Shown here: positions 1 through 7,734 of the stretch, piece after piece
How the letters are laid out: every line of letters starts with the position of its first letter
How positions within the stretch are numbered: position 1 is the stretch's first letter
Assembly (NCBI GenBank): GCA_039683575.1
Contig: JBDKRC010000309.1
Coordinates: forward strand, 1 to 21,334
DNA: 21,334 nt
From: Armatimonadia bacterium
GTDB lineage: Bacteria; Armatimonadota; Zipacnadia; Zipacnadales; UBA11051
Direction: 5' to 3'
The notes under the pieces: generated by a model
Told to the model about the DNA's origin: nothing
Database searches by the model: none
Seen by the model: only the letters and a program-made list of their open reading frames with translations
Program-made: the position numbers and the translations under genes

Positions 1-228
1 CTGTGCCGGGCGGGGGCGGGCCTGGGGCGATGGGGGGGGACTTGCGAGGGGGAGATCGCCGAGGCGCCGCGGGGGACCGCCGGGTTTGGGTTCGACCCGG
101 TTTTTCTGTATGAGGGCCGGACGTTTGCGGAGATGACCCCGCAAGAGAAGAATGCGGTGAGTCATCGGGGGAGGGCGTTACGCGAATTCGCGCGGGCCCT
201 GCCTGGGATTCTCGACGAGGCTTTGTAA
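1..228 (+). CDS. rdgB: RdgB/HAM1 family non-canonical purine NTP pyrophosphatase, 3' part (truncated by window)
   Basis: Frame 1 reads ...[48 protein letters not shown]... with the HAM1 motifs GFGxDPxF, TFAEM and KNxxSHR. Stop TAA 226-228 overlaps the next ATG (TAATG). Confidence 0.93.
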   Translation: MCRAGAGLGRWGGTCEGEIAEAPRGTAGFGFDPVFLYEGRTFAEMTPQEKNAVSHRGRALREFARALPGILDEAL

Positions 229-1310
229 TGAATATTCTGCATGTCATCACCCCGAGGCACTACTCGGGGACCGAACATACGATGGTGTATCTGTGCGAGG
301 GGCTCAAGGCGCGCGGGCATAACGTGGTCGTGGCCTGCAAGCACAACGCGGAGATGATGGGCGAGCTTGAGAAGCGGGGGATCGAGGCCCATGCGCTGCC
401 GATCTCCGGCAAGGCAAATGTGCTGGCGCCCCTGCGATTGGCGAGGTTTGCGCGGAGGATGCAAGCGGATGTCATTCATACGCATCTGTCCACCGGGTCG
501 CTGTGGGGGAGTCTGGCGGGGAAGCTGGCGGGCATCCCGGTGGTCGCGAAGGTGGCGGCGCTGAACAGCAAGACCTGCTTCACGCTGGCCGACCATATCG
601 TGACTTGCAGCGGGGGCGTGCGGGAGCACATGGCCAGGCAGGGCATGCCGCTCGAGCGGATGGAAGTGCTGTATAACGGGCTGCCGACGGCGCAGTTTGA
701 GGGGCTACGCTCAGGGGCGGAGATGCGGGAGGAGTTGGGGCTGCCGGCGCAGGCCCCAGTGATCGGCGTGGTCGCGCACCTGTCTGAGAAGAAGGGGCAG
801 ATGGTCATCGTTGAGGCGCTGCCGACGCTTCTGAAGCAGTTCCCCGATCTGGTGTATGTGCTCGTGGGCAGGGACTACGGGATGCAGGAGAGGCTTCAGG
901 CACGGGCGCGGGAGCTTGGCGTCGAGCGGGCCGTACGGATGCTCGGCTTCCGCATTGATGCGGTGCAGATCATGGCCGCGATGGATTTGGTGATGCTGCC
1001 GTCGATTGCCAAAGAGGGGCTGGGGATAGTGCTGATCGAGGCGGGTTTCATGGGCAAGCCCGTGATCGGCAGCGACGCCCCGGGCATCGATGAAGTGGTG
1101 GTGCATGGCGAGACAGGGCTGCTGGCACGTCCGGGTGATGCGGAGGAGTGGGGGAAGGCAATCGAGCGGATTCTCGCTGTGCCGGAGTTGGCGGCGCGAT
1201 ATGGAGAGGCGGGGCGGAAGCGGGCGTACGAGGTTTTCTCGCTGGAGACGATGGCGGAGCGGGCGGAACGGATATACCTAAGGCTGATCGAGAGCAAGCG
1301 CAAAGCGTGA
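228..1310 (+). CDS. Glycosyltransferase family 4 (GT-B, RfaB-like)
   Basis: N-terminal MNILHVI..SGTE, DVIHTH, VLYNG, KKGQ, and EGLGIVLIEAGFMGKPVIGSDAPGIDEVVVHGETGLL (E-x7-E motif). Confidence 0.92.
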   Translation: MNILHVITPRHYSGTEHTMVYLCEGLKARGHNVVVACKHNAEMMGELEKRGIEAHALPISGKANVLAPLRLARFARRMQADVIHTHLSTGSLWGSLAGKLAGIPVVAKVAALNSKTCFTLADHIVTCSGGVREHMARQGMPLERMEVLYNGLPTAQFEGLRSGAEMREELGLPAQAPVIGVVAHLSEKKGQMVIVEALPTLLKQFPDLVYVLVGRDYGMQERLQARARELGVERAVRMLGFRIDAVQIMAAMDLVMLPSIAKEGLGIVLIEAGFMGKPVIGSDAPGIDEVVVHGETGLLARPGDAEEWGKAIERILAVPELAARYGEAGRKRAYEVFSLETMAERAERIYLRLIESKRKA

Positions 1311-1348
1311 CGCTGCGAGAATCGTCGGCACGTCCTGATTGGATTGGA

Positions 1349-2122
1349 ATGCAAGACCGCTACGTCGGCGACATTGGTGATTTCGGGAAGTACGGGCTGC
1401 TGCGGTTCATGGCGGGCTATGGGTTCCGCTTGGGCATTGTGTGGTATCTGAATCCGGACGAGGAAAGCAACTCCGACGGCTCCCTCACTGACTACTTTTC
1501 ACCGGTGCGACACAGTCTCAGGGATTGTGACCCGCGGCTCTATGACGCGCTCGACACTCTGGTGAACGATCGAGACCGCACAGTTGCGGGTGTGCGAGAG
1601 CGGGAGATTCTTCCCGCCGGGACCAGCTTCTATGAATCCCCACTGAGCTTCGGCGGAATGCCGGTGGCCGGCGGGAAGGCGCGCCAAATGCGACTGGCTC
1701 GGCGCCAGCAATGGTTGGAGGCCGCTCTTGACGAGACGCGGGAGGCAGACCTGGTTTTTCTGGACCCGGACAATGGTCTAGGCGGGAAGTCTGCCAAACC
1801 ACACGTCAACAAGGGACAGAAGTTCGCCTTCGTGAGCGAGGTAGGCGGATGGCTGGAGCGCGGACAGACTGTGATCGTCTATCATCACTCCGGACGGCAG
1901 CGTGGAGGTATGTCGGCGCTGGCAGCGGATTGGCTTGCCCGGCTGCATCAGGAGACGGCCGCCGCGAGAGGCTGGGCTCTAGGCTATCATCGCCAGACAG
2001 CACGCCTGTACTTCGTCCTCGCTCACGCGGACCACAGCCCGTTCCTAACGGCGGCTATGTCGCAACTCCTGACCGGCCCGTGGGGCACAAACGGTCATTT
2101 CAGCCTACAGTGCGAATTCTAG
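1349..2122 (+). CDS. Conserved hypothetical protein, possibly SAM-dependent methyltransferase-like fold
   Basis: The ORF track start at 1148 overlaps the GT gene, so ATG 1349 is preferred. It gives MQDRYVGDIGDFGKYGLLR and an internal DLVFLDPDNG motif reminiscent of the hhhDP motif IV of amino-methyltransferases. Function is inference. Confidence 0.65.
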   Translation: MQDRYVGDIGDFGKYGLLRFMAGYGFRLGIVWYLNPDEESNSDGSLTDYFSPVRHSLRDCDPRLYDALDTLVNDRDRTVAGVREREILPAGTSFYESPLSFGGMPVAGGKARQMRLARRQQWLEAALDETREADLVFLDPDNGLGGKSAKPHVNKGQKFAFVSEVGGWLERGQTVIVYHHSGRQRGGMSALAADWLARLHQETAAARGWALGYHRQTARLYFVLAHADHSPFLTAAMSQLLTGPWGTNGHFSLQCEF

Positions 2123-2277
2123 ATCCAGTTCCGGCTCAACGGTCATGATTGACAGTTGCAGAAACATTGCGCGTTTACTGTAGATTGCGAGACTTCTCCG
2201 GGTCAAGACTAATAGCGGAGTTCTGTCTCCACAGGGAGGCTCTGTCTCCGCGCACCCGTCCAAACTGGAGCCGCAAT

Positions 2278-4971
2278 ATGAACTGGATACGCTACTCTGG
2301 TCGGATCATCCTGGCATTGGGCGTGATCGCGATTGGGGTGTGGGCCACCACCAATGAGTTGGTGGACAAGCCAGTCACGAAGTTCTGGCTCGGCCTGATG
2401 GTGTACCTCGTCGCGGCTGAATTGGCGTGGACCCTGGCTGATTACTACCTCACGGATTCGCAGTCTCGCCTTCCCCGGCGCGGGCTGCTGCGGTTGGCGA
2501 GCAGCGACCGCTTCATTCTCACCCTCAACAGTTGGCTCTATGACGGTGGCCGGTGCCGTTACGTGGACATCCTGACCAAGCAGGACGTGCTGCGCGACGC
2601 CCATCAGTCACTGCAGGCGGCGGTCCTGACAAGGGAGTCGCGCCCGCGCGTACACCTGCTGCCAGGGGCAGTAGGGACGGGGCGGAGCACGCTGCTGTTG
2701 CGGCTGGCGCGCATCCTCGCCGAGAACAGCCAAACCGTCTTCGTAGGGCTTCCGGGACCAGAGATTGCCGGTCTGGAGACCGTGATTGAGACGGCGCGGA
2801 ACCGGCAGGTCTACCTGTTCATCGATGATCTGGACCTGCAGCCGCAGGCGGAGGAGTGGCTGTACGATATCTATCGCAGCCAGTTGCCGATTGTGGTGGT
2901 GGCGACGACGAGCGAGGAAACTCGGCCGCAGTATGGCGGGCACAAGCTCGCGGCCGTGCGCCCGGCGGGGCTGCTGGCGGAGGGGACGGCGCACCCATCG
3001 CCCGTCACGCCCAACGACCTCGCGGAACTGGCCCGGAAGTTGCAGTCACTCGGCCGGATGAAGCGTCAGGAGGTTGCTGTCGGGACGACGACGGACCTGC
3101 TGGAGGCGACGCGGTACATGCAGGGGTGGGATCCGAAGCAGGGACTGTGGCAGGACCTGGACAGAGGACCGAAACTGGCGCAAGAGCAAAAAGTGATGCT
3201 GGCGCTGTGCGGTGCGGCGGAGTTGGCGATACCCGAGAGCCTGTACGGAGCGATCTTTGGCGAGAAGGCAATCGGGCGTTGGGCGAAGGCAGACCTCGTG
3301 TCGCTGCAGCATTGCCATGCGCTGCCGCCGCATCACAAGGTGTGCCTTGATCTGCTGCGCGAACTGGACCCGGCGAGTGAGACGGTGCATGGGGCCCTGG
3401 ACAAACTGACCAAGCTCGTGCTGCCAGTGACGCCGGTCTTCGCCGTGCGGCTGCTGTACGGGCTCGCGAAGGAAGACACGCTGCGAGAGGTTGCGCGGGC
3501 GCAGGTGCAGGCCCTGCAGGTGCAGGCAATGCAGGGGCAGGTGCGGGAGAGTTGGCCGCAGGCGGTACAGCGGGCGTGGAGGCGGGTGCTGGAGGAATTG
3601 GACCTGGTCACGGCGGACGTGACGCAGGACGAGAGCTATCCTCCTGAACTACTGATCGCCATGTCCAGGGCCTTCGACCGCAAGGACTATGAGGGCGCGC
3701 TGGCGGCGGCGCAGAAGCTTGCGAAGCATGAGTTGTATGAGAGCGCGGCGGGGTTCAATATAGCGCTGGCGCTGTGTCATCTGGGCCGGATGGAAGAGGC
3801 CGGGGCCGTGCTGGCGAAACTGAAGTCCGAGCCACCGGGGACGCACTACCTGCGCGGATTGATCGCCGAGAGCAGAGGCGACTGGCCCGCGGCACTGGAT
3901 GAGTATGAGGAGTCACGGAAGGCGGATGAGGTGCAGTTGATGGCGACGCGCCAGCTCGCCTTCGCGTACCTCAAATCGGGCGCCCCGCGGGCAGCATTGC
4001 CGCTTTTTGAGGCAGCGTTGCTACACACTCCGAAGAGCGCGGACCTGTATGGCGGGCTGGCGGTGGCATACCTGCAGGCGGGAATGGCTCAGCGGGCGGC
4101 GGCGCAGAGCGCGCGAGCGATACAGGCGGGGGTGGAGCCGAGTGAGGCGCGCAAGGCGGTGGCCAGCGCGTGTGCGAAAGTGCGCGCCTACAGCCGGGTG
4201 GCAGCGGAACTTGAGGCATGTGTATCGTACGAAAGCGGGGACCTGGAGGCCTGGAGCGGGCTGGCGACGGCATGCCGGTGGCTGGGGCGATTCGAGCGCG
4301 AGGCGCAGTGCCTGGAGCAACTGCAGGAAGCGCAGCCGATGACGGATGACTTGCGGCTGCAGATGGCTCGCAACCAGCGTGATCTGGGCCATCCCGAGAC
4401 CGCCTTGGAGCTATTGCAGCCGCTACTGACGGCGGACCAGCCGCCTCTGCCGGCACTGCTGCTTGCGGCGGAAGTGGTCGCGGGCAATAACGACCCGGTG
4501 CTGCAGGAGACGCTCGCGCAGCAGGCAGTGGCGCAAGGGGAGGCGAGTGGCTGGGCGCAGTACTGGCTGGCGGATAGCGAGACGCAGAGCGGCCGCACGG
4601 AGCAGGCGGGCGAGCACTATCGGGAGGCCGTGCGCAGGCTCAAGGCGCAGGTCAATGAGGGCGTAACGCCGGGGCGGGCGGCGAAGTGTTGGCAGGCGAT
4701 CTACCTGTCCGCGGTCCAGCTCGGAGACGAGGATCTCGCCAGGGAGGCGGCGCGCAAGGCACGCCAGGAGGCTGCCATCTGCGAGGCGCTGGGGGCGGAG
4801 GTCGAGTCGGTCGTGCATCACCGCGCGGTGCCGACGGCTCTGTTCCTGGAGAGCCTGCCGAGCACGTTACCCGCAGGCCCTCCGAGCGAGCCAACCGAGG
4901 CGCAGCCCGCGCCGAACCAGCCAGAGGTTCGGAGCTTTCGCAAAGGGGGACCGTTTCGGGCGCGAGGGTGA
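2278..4971 (+). CDS. Membrane-anchored (2 TM) protein with degenerate STAND-like P-loop domain and C-terminal TPR repeats
   Basis: GGAG at 2267-2270 precedes ATG 2278. Two hydrophobic segments (IILALGVIAIGVWA; FWLGLMVYLVAAELAW), Walker A-like GAVGTGRS, Walker B-like VYLFIDD, and TPR-type helices (AGFNIALALCHLGRMEEA, THYLRGLIAESRGDWPAA, LYGGLAVAYLQAGM). Confidence 0.75.
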   Translation: MNWIRYSGRIILALGVIAIGVWATTNELVDKPVTKFWLGLMVYLVAAELAWTLADYYLTDSQSRLPRRGLLRLASSDRFILTLNSWLYDGGRCRYVDILTKQDVLRDAHQSLQAAVLTRESRPRVHLLPGAVGTGRSTLLLRLARILAENSQTVFVGLPGPEIAGLETVIETARNRQVYLFIDDLDLQPQAEEWLYDIYRSQLPIVVVATTSEETRPQYGGHKLAAVRPAGLLAEGTAHPSPVTPNDLAELARKLQSLGRMKRQEVAVGTTTDLLEATRYMQGWDPKQGLWQDLDRGPKLAQEQKVMLALCGAAELAIPESLYGAIFGEKAIGRWAKADLVSLQHCHALPPHHKVCLDLLRELDPASETVHGALDKLTKLVLPVTPVFAVRLLYGLAKEDTLREVARAQVQALQVQAMQGQVRESWPQAVQRAWRRVLEELDLVTADVTQDESYPPELLIAMSRAFDRKDYEGALAAAQKLAKHELYESAAGFNIALALCHLGRMEEAGAVLAKLKSEPPGTHYLRGLIAESRGDWPAALDEYEESRKADEVQLMATRQLAFAYLKSGAPRAALPLFEAALLHTPKSADLYGGLAVAYLQAGMAQRAAAQSARAIQAGVEPSEARKAVASACAKVRAYSRVAAELEACVSYESGDLEAWSGLATACRWLGRFEREAQCLEQLQEAQPMTDDLRLQMARNQRDLGHPETALELLQPLLTADQPPLPALLLAAEVVAGNNDPVLQETLAQQAVAQGEASGWAQYWLADSETQSGRTEQAGEHYREAVRRLKAQVNEGVTPGRAAKCWQAIYLSAVQLGDEDLAREAARKARQEAAICEALGAEVESVVHHRAVPTALFLESLPSTLPAGPPSEPTEAQPAPNQPEVRSFRKGGPFRARG

Positions 4972-5003
4972 GGGCACATAAAGCAGACCATAGCATGGCA
5001 TCA

Positions 5004-5043
5004 GCCCGCAGGGAAGAAGGTCCCTGCGGGCGTCTTCTTTTCT
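5004..5043 (+). terminator. Rho-independent terminator
   Basis: Perfect 11-bp stem GCCCGCAGGGA/TCCCTGCGGGC, 6-nt loop, followed by the T-rich run GTCTTCTTTTCT, about 30 nt after the stop codon. Confidence 0.8.
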
Positions 5044-5092
5044 GCCCGGTGCCGAGTACTGTTGCGGTCCAATAATCGCGTAATGGTACTTA

Positions 5093-5122
5093 TTGACGGA
5101 CCTCGGAGGGTAGTCATATACT
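5093..5122 (+). promoter_or_regulatory. Sigma70-type promoter
   Basis: TTGACG (5093-5098)-N18-TATACT (5117-5122) in an AT-richer intergenic region, upstream of RBS GGAGGT (5165-5170). Confidence 0.6.
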
Positions 5123-5174
5123 GCCAGCATGGGGAGCAGTACCCGCTGGCTGTGATGCTTTGGCGGAGGTCCCG

Positions 5175-6071
5175 ATGGCAGGCAGGCATGTGGTTCTGAG
5201 CTTACGCGAGCAATTGCCGGGCGGTCGGCCGAGGCCCGCGTTCGCGCTCGTGTTGCTGCTGGTGAACTTGCTGCCGTGGCCGGTGCTGTCTGGGGTGGCG
5301 TGGAGCGCAGACGACGTGACGATGATGCCGATCAACCCGGCGGCCGCAGCGGAAACAATCGTTGGCCGGTACCTGACGGAGGGCCCGAAACGATTCACCA
5401 AGCCAACGTCTCTGCGGGACTGCGATCTCGATGCCCGGCTCAAGGGACAGGTTGAGATTGAGGTGTGGCGGCGTCTGGAATGGCTGCCACACCGAGCGGA
5501 GCGCCGGGTGAAGGAATGGCTCGTGCAGTTGCAGCCAGATCCCGGGCAGGTAGTCAGTCTGCCGCAGCTCCTGAAGCTGCCTGGTGATGAGGGAGGGGGG
5601 CTTGAGGTGTCCGGGCTTGGAGACCTACCGGAGGAGTCGTTCACTGAGCAGACTATGTCCGGCAAAGCCGGAGGATCGGCTGGCTGGCCCAAGGCCGAGA
5701 TCGGCCTGGAGTTAGGCCTCGGCCTTACCGTCCTGGAGTGGTCGCGCTACAGCGTCTGTCGCATCCCCCATGTCTCAAGGCAAATCACCTTCTGCAGCGG
5801 CGTGTCGCAACGAACCATGATGATCTGGCTGACCTTCGGGCCTACAGACAACGGCGCGGACCTGCACCGGTGGGCGACCGCGGTCCTGTGCCGCGGCCAG
5901 GAAATCGGGTTCGGTCCCGACCCCGTGCGCCATAGCGGCAAGTGGCGCTTTCGATGGGGGAAACATGCTCTGTCGAGAGAACTGGCGGAGCTGGAGAAGC
6001 GGAGGGAGCAGGCGTGGAGTTCTTCAGAGGAGCTTCACCCGAAGCTTATCGCTTTCGGCGCAGAGGGGTGA
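5175..6071 (+). CDS. Putative secreted hypothetical protein (paralog of the next gene)
   Basis: GGAGGT then ATG 5175. Hydrophobic signal-like stretch AFALVLLLVNLLPWPVLSGVAWSA. Shares LEWSRY and IGFG blocks with 6129..6959. Confidence 0.7.
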   Translation: MAGRHVVLSLREQLPGGRPRPAFALVLLLVNLLPWPVLSGVAWSADDVTMMPINPAAAAETIVGRYLTEGPKRFTKPTSLRDCDLDARLKGQVEIEVWRRLEWLPHRAERRVKEWLVQLQPDPGQVVSLPQLLKLPGDEGGGLEVSGLGDLPEESFTEQTMSGKAGGSAGWPKAEIGLELGLGLTVLEWSRYSVCRIPHVSRQITFCSGVSQRTMMIWLTFGPTDNGADLHRWATAVLCRGQEIGFGPDPVRHSGKWRFRWGKHALSRELAELEKRREQAWSSSEELHPKLIAFGAEG

Positions 6072-6128
6072 GAGGGCCTTAACGGCCGGCTTGCGCCGGC
6101 TTAGCCACTGCGGAAGGGGACAGTAAAG

Positions 6129-6959
6129 ATGAGCAGGTCTGAGCTATTGAGGCTGTCCATGCTCGTGCTGTTGATGGTGCTGCTGGTGATGGGAGTGGCG
6201 GCGGCTGGGACACCGCCGGTGACGATCGATGATCCCGTCATTCCGCTGAACCCGGGGATGATCAACACCCGGGCTATGGATGAGTACTTCCGTCTGAATA
6301 GCGCCGCTGATGCGGACAAGAAGTCTCTGGAGGAACTCCTGGGGAATACGCCGGCTGACCCCATGTGGGTCAGGAAACTGTTAAGTATTCTCACCAACAC
6401 AGACTTCGAGGCGCCTCCCATGTCCCCCGCTGAACTCACTCATGAGGAGTGCCGAGCGTATCTGCTCGACAAGGACGTCTCGATCAAGATCGGCTATGCT
6501 CCCGCAGGGCTGAATCTGGGGGCGGACAAGAAGAAGACGACCCTCATTCTTGAGTGGAGCCGGTACCGGCGCTACCAGGTGCCCTACAAGATAACAGTGC
6601 CGACCGGCGCAGACGGCTTTTGCCGGTTCCGATACGGAGTGGCGGCGCGTATGGTGATGCACACCACGAAGGAGGGAGTCGAGTTCGGCGTCACGGGCGG
6701 CTGTCTGGGATTGGGCGTGAAGGCCAGCGTCAAGGAAGTGAAGTGCGACTACCAGATCATTGGCTTCGGTTCCGCTGACGCCTCGCGCGCTCTGCCCGCG
6801 CTGGTGGATCTCAGTGATGCACAGGGCGTCCGACACGTGACAGAGGCATTCAGGACCATCAGAGAGTGCGCCTGGAAGTGCGTACAGCAGGGGGGCAACG
6901 ACAAGGTGTTCTACCCGCAGGTCATTGCGGTGGAGTCCAAGCCGGCGGTGGCGCCATAG
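6129..6959 (+). CDS. Putative secreted hypothetical protein
   Basis: Signal peptide MSRSELLRLSMLVLLMVLLVMGVAAA, purine-rich RBS GAAGGGGA, typical GC3-rich codons. Confidence 0.8.
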   Translation: MSRSELLRLSMLVLLMVLLVMGVAAAGTPPVTIDDPVIPLNPGMINTRAMDEYFRLNSAADADKKSLEELLGNTPADPMWVRKLLSILTNTDFEAPPMSPAELTHEECRAYLLDKDVSIKIGYAPAGLNLGADKKKTTLILEWSRYRRYQVPYKITVPTGADGFCRFRYGVAARMVMHTTKEGVEFGVTGGCLGLGVKASVKEVKCDYQIIGFGSADASRALPALVDLSDAQGVRHVTEAFRTIRECAWKCVQQGGNDKVFYPQVIAVESKPAVAP

Positions 6960-6990
6960 GAGGCTGCCAAAGCAGTCCGTGAACATGATC

Positions 6991-7021
6991 AGGATGCCGC
7001 GCCACTGGTGCGGCATCCTTG
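6991..7021 (+). terminator. Probable terminator or stabilising hairpin
   Basis: AGGATGCCGC(GCC)...(GGT)GCGGCATCCT stem of 10 perfect bp plus 3, about 30 nt after the stop codon. The U-tract is weak. Confidence 0.55.
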
Positions 7022-7032
7022 ACTCTCGGGAA

Positions 7033-7181
7033 CAAAACCCCTTGGCGACTCCGCTTCTAGCTATACCGATGGTGTGAGACCATCAGGTATTACTTCCCCG
7101 TGAGTCCCACTTGCTTTGTCGTCTGCAGGAGAATTGCCTTCACGAGACGAAGTGTGGTGGGAGGCTTTGCCATGGGGTTTG
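7033..7181. ncRNA. Candidate structured RNA or leader (three-way junction), family unidentified
   Basis: Closing stem AAACCCC-T-TGGC (7035-7046) with GCCA-T-GGGGTTT (7169-7180). Inner hairpin ATACCGATGGT/ACCATC-A-GGTAT (7063-7090). Long hairpin with TCCCAC/GTGGGA and TCGTCT/AGACGA (7105-7162). Confidence 0.45.
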
Positions 7182-7190
7182 ATGTGATCT

Positions 7191-7694
7191 ATGGCTGTTA
7201 ACCCTGTTCCGGGTATCAGTAACCCGCGGCTGAGGCGGCTGCATGCAGATTTGGCCGCTGTCATCGAGCTTACGAGGGCATCCGATCTGATCGCGGCGTC
7301 CTATGCTGGCAACCCGCCCGACCGCTATCGGATCCTTTATCGCTGCCGGGGGTTGTATCTGCCCGAGGGTACGTCGGAGCCGGAGTTGCTAGACCACCAC
7401 GAGGCTGATTACTACCTGCACCGGGATTACCCGCGGCGTCCGCCGCAGATTCTCTGGCGGACCCGGATCTTCCATCCGAACATCATCAGCGCCGAGAACG
7501 GTGGCGGCGTATGCATCGGCTCGTGGACGCCCTCCGAGTCGCTGGCGGACCTGGTGCTGCGCGTTGGTGAGATGATACAGTACCGGCTGTACAACCCCGA
7601 GGATCTACTCAACCGGCAGGCTGCCGCGTGGGCTGAGGCTCACGCAGACGAGCTGCCGGTAGATGACCGCCCGCTGGCGGTTTACGGACTTTGA
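7191..7694 (+). CDS. Ubiquitin-conjugating enzyme E2 (UBC fold)
   Basis: Canonical UBC motifs in order: DYPRRPP (YPxxPP), IFHPNI, GGVCI (catalytic Cys108, codon 7512), SWTP, and LNRQAA (PLNxEAA-like). Confidence 0.92.
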   Translation: MAVNPVPGISNPRLRRLHADLAAVIELTRASDLIAASYAGNPPDRYRILYRCRGLYLPEGTSEPELLDHHEADYYLHRDYPRRPPQILWRTRIFHPNIISAENGGGVCIGSWTPSESLADLVLRVGEMIQYRLYNPEDLLNRQAAAWAEAHADELPVDDRPLAVYGL

Positions 7695-7734
7695 GAGCCG
7701 CTGCCGCGCCACTTCGCTGTTGGAGAGTACCCTA

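Noticed and set aside
2149-2186. TTGACA as a -35 element upstream of the NTPase/TPR gene
   Set aside because: No convincing -10 hexamer at 16-18 nt spacing.
6085-6100. GCCGGC-TTGC-GCCGGC hairpin between the paralogous genes
   Set aside because: Only a 6-7 bp stem with no U-tract, expected by chance at this GC content.
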